From contig CM120646.1 in NCBI GenBank assembly GCA_051362555.1, positions 18,972,001-19,036,000 on the forward strand: a stretch of 64,000 nucleotides of DNA, given 5' to 3'. How positions within the stretch are numbered: position 1 is the stretch's first letter; each line of letters opens with the position of its first letter. Below the pieces are notes generated by a model. It made no database searches and was not told the DNA's origin. It saw only the letters and a program-made list of their open reading frames with translations. This DNA comes from Lingula anatina (lineage: Eukaryota > Animalia > Brachiopoda). Of this stretch, positions 25,097 through 35,876 are shown piece by piece. Both the position numbers and the translations under genes were made by a program.

Positions 25097-27684
25097 AGAC
25101 AACACAAGGCAGGTGACAGGGGATGGCGGAGGGTGTAAAATTAAAATAAAGAAACGCAAGAAATTATAATACTGTGAAGCTGCTGAAATTGCGTGTACAT
25201 ATCATCGCAGCTAAAAGGCTGAATGACTTCTCGCTAATGCAGCTCGCAAGAAGTAGTTTCCTAAAACTCATATAAAATTAACTGTGTGCCTAGATACACA
25301 GCAGCTAAGACAATTTGACCCTGGACATCTGTTATCACCTTGCCTTGGTCAACTACTTAAGATCAAAATGTGCAGACACAAGACCTAAACCCAGACTACT
25401 TCCTATAAACAAAGCGTAGATGGATTACCAACAAAGCTATTACCACCACTAAAAACAAACCATTTCCTACATAAATACAATTAATTATCTTAATTGTAGT
25501 TTTATGTAGCCAAATGTTAACAAGCACAACGAAGCTCTGTTTTTGCTCCAAAGTAAATAAGAAAAGTCCATATGATTGATAATTGTCATTTATTAATGAC
25601 GAAGCTAATAAAATACGTAGTTACAAAACTGGGGAGATAATATAACATCTCCCCAACTATATAAGTGCCATAATATAAAATTAATAAAGTGTAATAAGTG
25701 TAACCAAATTAATGAAGAAAATTATAAGTAATAACAACAGCTTAAGGAGCAAAAAGTTGGCACAAATAAAAATAAAAAAGGCCATAAGATGTGAGAGAAG
25801 CTCACATCCCCGCCAACCGAGGAGTGCTTGTTAAAGATTGGAATGATAAACCACATTCGATCTGACATCTGAACTATGTGCTACTAAATAAAAATTTAGT
25901 GTGTAACTGCAAATCCACATCCTAGAAAGAAAATGTACAGTTGAATTGGGGGGAAGGAATAGAAACTGGCAACCATGAATAAAAATAGGGGAGCCCAATA
26001 GGGTCGGTCGTCGTATGCTGGAAACTGAGCGCGCATTGGAGACACCCGACATCCTCGGCCGCCTACTCCTCCCGGGAGTGGTCTTGGGAGGCATAGTAAC
26101 TAAAGACAAAGGAAACTAATAAGGTCACACTAAGGCAACTGAATGTACATATGACATAATCAGAAAGAAAATTCTTCGGGCCAGGTAAATAAAGTAAACG
26201 GCATCTACCCACAAATAGCCTGAGTAGATATGCCATAAGCCATAGTTTTATTAAAAGTGTAACAAAAAAAAAATTATATATATATATTATATTTCCTAGT
26301 CCGCCGCCAGAGCCTATCCAAGCAGGCAACAGCCTCAGCTCAGCCTTGCATTTGAAAACAGGGATATCCGGTAAAAATTGACTAGACAAACACACAAACA
26401 GCTGGGTGACTCCCCAAAAACCAGGAGTATAACAACTCCCCAAAATAAAAACCTAGTATACCAGATACCACACAGGGCTCTCACTACTAGGCAAACAATT
26501 AAAAAACCTGGGAAATACACCCAGGACCTAGTATACCAGATACCACACAGGGCTCTCACTACTAGGCAAACAATTAAACACCTGGGAAATACTCCCAGAG
26601 CCTAGTATACCAGATACCACACAGGGCTCTCACTACTAGGCAAACAATTAAACACCTGGGAAAAACTCCCAGAACCTAGTATACCAGATACCACACAGGG
26701 CTCTCACTACTAGGCAAACAATTAAACACCTGGGAAATACACCCAGAACAAGTAAACAACGGGGAAGTACACCCAAAACAAAGAGCATAACAACTCCAAA
26801 AATGCATGTAGCCTAGTCGACCAGAAACCCATAAAAACACGGCACCTGGTAATGCGGACACGGAAACAATATGAAGACAGAAACGTACAGATTACGGCAT
26901 GTCAACGACAGCCGAAAATGTAAAAACAGCGGAATTCCTGGCCCGGTAAAAATATCAATATGAATAAAATAGCTACACACAAAGAGGAAAACAAAATTTT
27001 GAAGAATAACACGATAAAGTGACATCTAAACAAATTAATTAACAACTGCAGCACATGACAGACTATAAATCTGATTATTAGAACACGTGAATAAGGGGGA
27101 AATGAAGATAATATAAAATTACTGGCCTGTGTATGATCCAAGAACTTGAAGTTGAAGTCTCCCAAATAAAAGGAAACAGCCGTCGCCGAAACTTGATAAC
27201 AAAACTGGTGGCTTGGAAAAACAGAATAATATCCGAAGAAAATACAGTCACCAAGTATCAAGAAACTGGCCGTCCCCAAATCTTGAAATCACAAAAGTTG
27301 ATGGCTGGTAACCAATGTAAAATTAAAATAAAGAAACGCAAGAAATTATAATACTGTGAAGCTGCTGAAATTGCGTGTACATATCATCGCAGCTAAAAGG
27401 CTGAATGACTTCTCGCTAATGCAGCTCGCAAGAAGTAGTTTCCTAAAACTCATATAAAATTAACTGTGTGCCTAGATACACAGCAGCTAAGACAATTTGA
27501 CCCTGGACATCTGTTATCACCTTGCCTTGGTCAACTACTTAAGATCAAAATGTGCAGACACAAGACCTAAACCCAGACTACTTCCTATAAACAAAGCGTA
27601 GATGGATTACCAACAAAGCTATTACCACCACTAAAAACAAACCATTTCCTACATAAATACAATTAATTATCTTAATTGTAGTTT
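24704..27684 (-). mobile_element. Non-autonomous split-direct-repeat (Ngaro/PAT-type tyrosine-recombinase) retroelement
   Basis: A 284-bp repeat at 24704-24987 and 25501-25784, and a 369-bp repeat at 25134-25502 and 27316-27684; each pair is identical by eye. Minus-strand order is A1-internal-B1-A2-spacer-B2. No conventional TSD, absent from unit A (~9194), and no RT/YR ORF. Confidence 0.75.
26452..26748. repeat. 4 x ~74-bp minisatellite with internal inverted repeats
   Basis: Units start at 26452, 26527, 26601 and 26675: CCTAGTATACCAGATACCACACAGGGCTCTCACTACTAGGCAAACAATTAAACACCTGGGAAATACWCCCAG. Confidence 0.95.
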
Positions 27685-27723
27685 ATTGTCAGTCTTATAT
27701 ATATGCTGTATTACTATGATATA

Positions 27724-29385
27724 CAGACTTGACATTTAATATGGAATATTTTTTCCAAATTATTTTTCATCGGTTTTTTTCATATTTTCATGACTGATAA
27801 ATGAAAATAAGGATTAAAATCGTGTTTTTATAACTTTTATCTATCTCTTTGATGTCATTGTGACATCAGTTCATTAATTGAATTCGCCAGTGAAGCAAAC
27901 AAAAATGCATTGCCTATTTTAAGTCGTACGACAACCATTGAAAGCGATATTTTGGATCTCCATATTTTCGAAATTATCGTCTTTAAAAGAGTTTTGCGCC
28001 CCCCAAAGGACCCTCATGTTAGTGTCTTGTCACAGCAACGGTTACCGTTACACCTGACCTCATCTGGCTGCTACCAGAGCTTTCAAGTGGCAAGGCATTC
28101 CTTAGGATAGGTTTTTAGAGTTTAATATGGAAAAAAATTCCAGGCAACGGTCAAAACCTGTCCAATTTGGTTCAGTTTTGTTTTAGGACATGTAGGCCGT
28201 TAATTCGGAGAGTAATAACCTACCCATGTATTGTCTATGTGGTTCAAATATGGCGATTTTGATGACCAATGTATCTGCTCATTCCCTTGGTTCTGTAAGA
28301 AATCTGCCATTAAAAGTGCGCTGTGTGAACCGGCACTCTCATCGTGCAACCTAAAATTGTTCCTAAGTTCCCCCCTATCAAATGATAGTCAAATGGTTCC
28401 CAGCTTATCCCTTTATTTGATCTGGTTCAGGTTTTCGTCGATGACTATCATTGGTGTTTTGGCACCAATGTGATATTCACCCCAAATACTAACGCTGTCA
28501 ATGACCCTAGTCACTTTAGAAGCGGCACACGCCTTGTCGTAGGCCTCTGCAGGATGTCTGTAAACTCTGTTTTAACCAGTTAAGCGGTACAGGCGAAATC
28601 TGACCTCAATAAAGAAAGCCACGCGGTTTCAGTGTTCTACCCAGAAACGGTCATGGTCCTCAATTCATTAGAGAAACAGACGACGCTGTTCTGCTGTTTA
28701 CAGTGGCTTCCTCAGAGGTCGTTTGGTTTTCTAACCTGCTAAAACCAGTTTGATATTCGCTAAGAGCCTTGAAAAACGCGTTTTGGTCACAATTTGCCCC
28801 TCATTCTGAACGGACTGGGTGGGTTTTGTTTAGTTGCAGCAGCATATCCTGAAGGACGGTGAGTCCTGTGCCCTGGTGGTAAGATGTCGATACATTGGGC
28901 GTGGTCTCTGTGTAGGTACATCAGTCTGGGCATAACTTCATAAAACTGTGCAGACTATTCCGTTTGACACAATAATCTGTCTGGCAATGTCTGTTTTTTT
29001 CGCGCCATTCTGGCACAGTTTAACATTTCTGTAAAACATTGTTTAATTCATTTTACGCACTGCAAAACTGACCGCTTACATGCAAAATTTCAAATTCTTC
29101 TATGCAGTAGTTGCCGACATATGGATACTTTTTTGACAGAACCATGCTTTGCCAAAGCCAAGCTTTGACCAGCCTAAAGGAGCACTACCCAATTAAATCA
29201 CCGCATATTACACAATGCAGCAGTGCAACAGACTTGGTAGTCAGTTAATTGGTAGCGACACACCTGACTTCACACTTCTCCAGTCAGATATCTTATATGA
29301 GATCTGAGTTTTATGAAAAAAAGAACGCATTTTTACCTAGGCATACCTTTCAAACTGAAATATTCCATATTAAATGTCAAGTCTG
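27724..29385 (-). mobile_element. Full-length decayed Tc1-like transposon, copy B (1662 bp)
   Basis: TA-flanked perfect 28-bp TIR CAGACTTGACATTTAATATGGAATATTT; collinear with 10175-11835. Confidence 0.85.
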
Positions 29386-31343
29386 TATTTCTTGTTCAAT
29401 TTCTTTATTTATCTTTATTTATATTTACCTTTATTTATTGCTTTTGTTATCAGCGGTGTTGTTATTAAAGTGAATCTGGTATTTCGCCTTATGACAAAAT
29501 AATGAAACTTAATTTCAACAAAGTCTTGGCTTACAACTTCAGCTGACGGTGCCATAATCGAGAATGGCAAGGCCAGATAAAAATGCTCTGATACAAATAA
29601 GACTATAAGTGTGCACAATGGTAGACTAGAAAAAGGAAAATAACTGAAGTTATTCTGATCGGTTTTATCGCCTTGGTCTTAAAAGAATTTATCTTTTGTC
29701 AAACGTAAATGAATGAATGCATGTAAACTGCATGCATAATCCAAGAACATATGTATTTTTATTCCCACCTTCGTGACTCGCCTCTGTCATTTTTGTTTGT
29801 CAGCAAGATGGTGTCAAAACCCTGATGAACCTTATCACGGATCATCACCAGATCAATTCTAGAATACCCCACTTCTGAATCCGGTACATTTAAACTGATT
29901 TTGGTCCTCTCTGCATGTAGATATAGCTCGCTTTCTTCAACAACATAAACAAAATAAAGAAGATCCAAAAATAAGGGGGTGCACTCCAAAACCGTACATC
30001 AATTAGAGAAGGTAAAAATGCGTTCTTTTTTCAAATAACTCAAATCTCATATAAGAAATGATATTGAAGGGACCGATACAGTGCTGTACATGTAGTGGTT
30101 GCCTTTCTTCACTAATAGTGTGTTAGTGTGGCGTCATTAGTAACGCTCTCATAATTCACTATGTTCCGTCTGGGTGTTCTCAAGGTGAAAATGCCAAGCA
30201 GTAGATATGAAAACAAGGCCGTTTCCCACGTAAACCTCTGTCCAGGAATATCTTTCATTGTCGTTTAATTGGCTGTATTATTTTCCGTGTGTGTGTGCGC
30301 GCGCGTGCGTGTGTGTCATGTGATTAGAGGAAACGTGACTCATCATGATACGGAAGTGTAGCAAATGAGAAACATCAACCTAATAATGGCAATTTCCTCC
30401 AATCCTGATTACATATGAACACGTATTCTATCTCCTATTTGTGTGGCGTAAAATTGTGCTTATTAAAGCCTATGCTTTGGTTCCCCGTATATGATAAACG
30501 CAATATGGATGCATCCGGCTTAAAATGAAGGGCCGTTTGAAGTTATTTTATGTGAGTTGAAACGGGTATCTACATTTTGCTACCTTGATATTGATTGCGC
30601 ATTTGAATTTCGTAAACAAAATCACCAAACCTAAGACTGTTATTGAAATAAAGACAAGTACAAGACGAATATCTACAATTTTTCAAACACATGACAGCTA
30701 GTGCTATCCATGATGTTCCCTTGTTTGAATCATAACTTCTCAATCCCAACAATCCTATTTTATTCAGCGCCAACCCATGGGGCCAAAACAAACAAAGATA
30801 TACCAGGTAGAGCTTTAAAAATAGTACGGGGGTCTCAAAAAGAAGCAGGTTACAATGTACCAGTAGCACTTTTACTCTTGTCAATAATTTTGTGTTTCTA
30901 TACAAAAAAAAACACTCTTGGGCCTAAAGGATTTTTCTGAACCAAGAATGAAGATTCACTAATCGCCACCTTGAATTAACGGTCATTCTTGACTGTATTG
31001 CATATAGTTACCAACTTAATCTTCGTGTATCTTAAGGTACAAACAGCGTATTTTCAGAGCATTACATTGTACGCCATGATCACGTGGAGTCCTTAAATCA
31101 CATTATACATTTCATATACATGTGTGGCTTGATGTAGCTGCTGTTTAAGAACAAAAAGGTCACCGTGGGCCAATTTGCATTACCGTAATAATTAATTATC
31201 TGAAAATGCTGGTATATCGACATTTAAGCAATCTGACAAAGTTCCATACTTAATCAATAAATGGACTATTATACTCTTACATTGCAGCTGGACTTGTAAG
31301 TTTATTGACCCACATAAACTCGCTTCAGCATTCAACTAGCAAA

Positions 31344-31349
31344 TATAAA
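31344..31349 (+). promoter_or_regulatory. Putative TATA box of secreted-protein gene Y
   Basis: TATAAA ~100 nt upstream of the first ATG; missing in the dead unit-A copy. Confidence 0.4.
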
Positions 31350-31440
31350 TTAAAGCACCAAGCCCAAACCACCACACAGCACACTACTGCGAAGTGAACA
31401 AGACGATTGAGAGACGTGCTCAGCATTCAACTGGTTGTGT

Positions 31441-34400
31441 ATGTTAAAAATGGTGTAAGTATTAGTTGTCCCGAAGTAAAAAAACAGATTGGCATTAATG
31501 TAGATGGTATATCTAGAGCAGTACAAAAGGAAAATATGGTTGGTGTCATTTCAAAAACTGGTAAAAATGAGTTGGCCTGAAAATGGCGCATACTGAAGTG
31601 TTGAGAAATAAAAGGACAACTGCAAGTTAGTTTCAGGGCTGTCGAAGCTTATGGATGCTCTCTTTCAGATAAAAAAAAGCAAGTATCATATACACGGCAG
31701 CTATTTGTCGAGAAAGAGATACATTTTTGGAATTTGTTCCGTAATCGAGTTGATATGTCAGCATGGCATTCTTTTACTGTCCGATGTTAACAATATGTCT
31801 GTTTGCTCTGCAGGATGCTTCTATCCCAAGTTACTTTTGTTATCATGGTGTCTCTCGTTCTCTGGTCTGGTGGCAGTGCCCGTCGTGGTGGTAGACGGGG
31901 TCACCATTATTCGAGTAGAAGCAGATATAGACCTGGATCCTTCGGTGTCTGGCACCCTTCGGGACAATGTGATGTCTCACAGCAGAGTTACGAGGTGTAC
32001 GATCACACATTCGTGTTTATTATGGACGGAAAACATACAGGAGAAGAATTGGACCCTGTCAGATTCCTGAACCACCACCGTTGCGCTGGGAGACTCACGT
32101 AAATTTTTAACTATTTGTTAATTTCAGTTTTTCGGTCACTGTAAAATGCCATCATATAGCTGTTTGGAGACAGAACATACATCTACAAGTAACAACGTTA
32201 CATTAAAGGACTTAAAGATAGGTAAAATGTTAAACTAATGACTTGTAACCTGAGTTTTAGAGCGTGCTAGAAACTTACCGCTGTTAGTAGCACATCTGTA
32301 CCATATCCAAAGTACTGAACGGTAATAGTTAGCGTGTAGTGGCTAAGAGGAATCAAAAGGTGATATTTGGTATCACTTGTCTCTGTAATACATTTTACCC
32401 ATACTTGTTCCCTGAACATAAATACATGAGCTTCATAAATCGATAGCATATTTTCGAACCAAATTTTGGTCACTGAACGCAAAAATAAATTAACACATCT
32501 GGAGTACTGCTGGCGTTTTTGTTTCCAGATTTAATGGAAATAAATCGAAACAATATTGAACATATTCTTAATGTTGAATGGTTGAATGTAACACCTTTAA
32601 ATCCTGAGGTTGATAAATTATTTGCAGCAACGAAAGCATTATAGAAGAAGGGAAAAAAGCTGTCCAGTTCTTTGAAGAAGGGTACGGCCTCGATCTGTCT
32701 AACGTCACGGATTCGGATTTTATTAATGGACAAGTCCCAGTTGAGGGTGGAAGACTGATCTTTAAACCGTTCATCGTTGACCTTAGTGACAATTACAGGC
32801 TAATCTCAGGTGAGAGAGAGAGTGAGAGAGTGAGTGAGTGAGTGAGTGAGAGAAAACGTCCCTTTTTTGGAAGCAAAGGTGAAACAACTGTGTATGGTGC
32901 CTGATTTTTTACTTAGCCCATCATGCCCATTTTCTAATATTTATGCTTTGTATAGTTTAATTTGTATATTATTATTAAATTTCATCAGAAACGGACCGTT
33001 ATTCCGGCAAATTGCACAAAGATGTCCCAGTGTCTGATGCAGGGTGGATGCTGTCGGTGGAAGAACCTTTGGATGTGAACGGAACTCTGTTTACCGGACG
33101 CCTGGGATTGCCAGACACGTTTATTTTTTATGCTGACTATATCTTTCAGGTAGAGGTTGTGAAATTCATGTTTTGCGTAATTATGGTAATCTTAGAGGAT
33201 AAGAGTATTACCCCATTACTTTAAGCTTTTTAGCTAGGGGACAGGCCCTAAACTGATCGAGAAAATTAACCTAAGGTAAAAGTGACTTTGAGTGTTTGAA
33301 AAATATCTGGCAGAGCACGAGATGTACTGGTACATCTAAAAGAATTAAAGAAATACAAAGCTTTGATCTGTGTTTGATCACGCTTGTTTATACGCTTCAA
33401 AGTGGCCCACATCTACCGAAGCCTGGGTTACATTTGCGTGAATTTGGCCAGCTGGGTCAGAGGAGGACTAGACATATTATCACCGCCTGTTGGCATAATT
33501 GTAACCCGGTGTAAAGAAACTGAAGGTCCGTGTATCAGAAAGCCCGTCCTCCATTCAGTTATAATGGTTAGGGTTAGCCAGGCCTAAGAAATCTAGGGCG
33601 AGGCTTCCTTGTACAAATGAATGAAAAGCTCAGTCTCCATTATGGGGGACTCTCTGTCACGTTACACAGGTTTTCTTACTCCCTGAACCTCGAACATGTT
33701 GTCATGGGATACGGGATAGTGACCGATAGAGTATTTACACAGTCTTATGAAAAAATATTTGAATATTAAAATACTATTAAAAAATAGAGCGGCCACTGAC
33801 GATTGCTCTGACAGTTCTGTTGGATGATTGTTCCATAAATCCATTCGCAATTTCTACGCTGCTTATTCGTTTTGCTGATGCGCTGGAAAGAGTGCTTTCA
33901 CACGCTGACAGTCGATTTCACATAAGATACTTAAGCGTTTATCTTTTGCGCTAAGTGTGACAGCGTCTTAACCTAGTCTTTAGAGATAGGGTTGAAGCTT
34001 AAATGCACAGTATAAGGTTCGTCACAGTGCTAGTATACGGTTACATTATGCATCCAGGTTTAGGTTTTCTTTCGATCATTTTGAGAATTTGAGCAATGTA
34101 TGAGAATTTGATAGATAGATAAATATACAGATGGATGGATGGATTGGCAGACAGATTGCGTTATTTACGTTTTTTTGCTTCATATTTTAATATATTAAAA
34201 TATACGACATCAAAACAGTGGTAATCTAGCCCTTTTCATTTCAGGCCCATTTTAGAAAAACCATTATTCACTACGAGTCTCGGTACCCTAGTGTGGACAT
34301 AGGGGGGCGGTTCCAGTTCTTCGAGGCAGCCCTGTTCAGTGACGCGTACGGGGAAGGGTACACCACTGGCATCTTTGAAGTAGAGCCCGTTACACGTAAC

Positions 34401-34448
34401 AAGCAAGGAAGAGAAGTGCTGACGTTTCCTAAACGGAAAACAAACTAG
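31441..34448 (+). CDS. Uncharacterised secreted protein (paralog Y, intact); exons 31441-31454, 31814-32098, 32628-32809, 32989-33149, 34245-34448; ~281 aa (276 aa from ATG 31815)
   Basis: All introns are GT-AG with phases 2,2,1,0, giving an open frame. A signal peptide MLLSQVTFVIMVSLVLWSGGSA is followed by an R/G/H-rich linker and a domain shared with the pseudogenes (FVF..RF..HHR.AGR, EG.K....FE..YG.D.S.V.D.D...G.VP..GG.L.F, VSDAGW, ES..P..GRF..YG.G.T..RE...FP). Confidence 0.85.
33506..33670. mobile_element. Short interspersed TIR-like repeat with GGTTAGGGTTAG core, copy 1 (intron of gene Y)
   Basis: Similar to 35062-35217; imperfect CGGTGTAA...TTACAC.G ends. Confidence 0.6.
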
Positions 34449-34670
34449 CCGTCTTGAGTCAGTCTCCGAGTATGACAGATGAAAGATATGAATTGAACTG
34501 AATTTCGGATTCACCTCTCGTTTGCAGTTTTTGAACTGTCAAAAAGTTAGTACTTTATGTAATTTTGTCTAATAAAAATTCTACATGTCACATGAAGTCA
34601 TTTAGAGTGATAGCGAATAACCGACAGACAGAACCTTGGGCCCTTTTCTGGCCAAGAATTGACATAAAAG

Positions 34671-34743
34671 TGGTTCCGCCCGGGATCGAACCGGGGACCT
34701 TCTGCGTGTTAGGCAGATGTGATAACCGCTACACCACGGAGCC
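34671..34743 (-). tRNA. trnV-AAC: tRNA-Val (anticodon AAC)
   Basis: GGCTCCGTGGTGTAGCGGTTATCACATCTGCCTAACACGCAGAAGGTCCCCGGTTCGATCCCGGGCGGAACCA forms a 73-nt cloverleaf with A and B boxes, and a TTTT terminator lies directly downstream. Confidence 0.95.
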
Positions 34744-35061
34744 GCCATACTTTCCTAACAGAGACTCATTTTCCCTCTATAATAGAATGGGCTCATTATG
34801 TGCCTGACCAAAACAATCTGGTTTGCATTTGCATATCTCAATAATACAATGCAGATTAGACATAAATAAAAGATGCATATTAAGCGATTACTTGAGTCAA
34901 ATTATCGCAGCTGGCCAAATGCCGCTGAGGTGTTTCAATTAGTATGGCTTAAAGAAACAGCACAGAGTTCCATTATATTATTTCTCGAAAAGAACCGCCT
35001 GCACTCAGCACGACACCGACAAGAGCAGCTTTGCCGAAACAGGTGCCCTTGAACAATGATT

Positions 35062-35217
35062 TCGGTGAAACGTAATTGAAGGTCCGCCCTCCATTTAGTT
35101 ATAATGGTTAGGGTTAGCCTGACCTAAGTGGCTCAAAATACAGGGCGAGCTTTACCTGTGCAAATGAATAGGAAGCGGACTCCCTATCATGGGGGACTCT
35201 TAGTCACGTTACACCGA
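35062..35217. mobile_element. Short interspersed TIR-like repeat, copy 2
   Basis: TCGGTGAAACG...CGTTACACCGA ends; internal similarity to 33506-33670. Confidence 0.6.
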
Positions 35218-35537
35218 CTAAAGCCCAAATAGTGCTCATGTTCACTTTGCGAAAAATATTCTCTTCGATAAAGCCTGATCACCACGAGTTTCAGAGCATT
35301 GGCGGACTCTTGTCTTGTTTGAGTTTTTTTTTTTTTTTTTTCAAATGTGTTGCGTATGCTTGTTAAATATAAACCAGTTTCTGACTGGCTGAAACGTAGG
35401 TCAAGGTGGGAGTAAACACGTACATCCTATATAACAACCTACGAGTAATTTTGAAGCCCAGGGCAATATTCAATATATTTACACATGTAGAGTGCAGGAG
35501 ACCAAATTATGTATTCAGGTAATTTTTTCTTCCTTAA

Positions 35538-35876
35538 AGGGATAATAACTGTTCGTTTTGGCCAAAAAATGAATTTTCCTGGAGTAAACAACAATTTTCC
35601 CATACTTACCAATGGTAAATGAATCCATTTCTACATTCAAAGTTAGTCTCTGTTTTTTTTTTTTCTAAAAAGTTTTTTTTTGTTATAATCTCTTAAGAGA
35701 TTATTACAGAGTATAGCCATCAGTGGAGGTCACGTGGTCTAAAGACAAGCTCAGATATCAGAATAAAAGCTGTAACTGCCGTTTTTGTGGTAAAACAGAC
35801 TATATTATATTTCTATGAGTTGTTCACAATGTTTTTATTGTGAAATATAGATCTCATACGAAGAGTTATTATCCCT
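35538..35876. mobile_element. MITE with TTAA target duplication (Kolobok-like termini)
   Basis: TTAA|AGGGATAATAACTGTTCGT ... ACGAAGAGTTATTATCCCT|TTAA; 19-bp TIR with one mismatch. Confidence 0.8.

Larger units (their letters stand above)
15655..31810 (+). repeat. Tandem segmental duplication, unit B
   Basis: Collinear counterpart of 1420-13343. Confidence 0.92.

Noticed and set aside
26452-26748. Regular repeats resembling a CRISPR array
   Set aside because: The units are contiguous near-identical 74-mers with no unique spacers, there are no cas genes, and the context is eukaryotic.
29759-29989. 76-aa minus-strand ORF in the unit-B-specific block
   Set aside because: It has a non-ATG start, no recognisable motif and no consistent exon partners.
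1420-31810. Possibility that units A and B are two haplotypes assembled in tandem
   Set aside because: Judged unlikely. There is a specific chimeric junction at ~13345 containing third-paralog sequence, ~14% divergence in the Tc1 sample, and several unit-specific insertions. Spanning long reads would be needed to exclude it fully.
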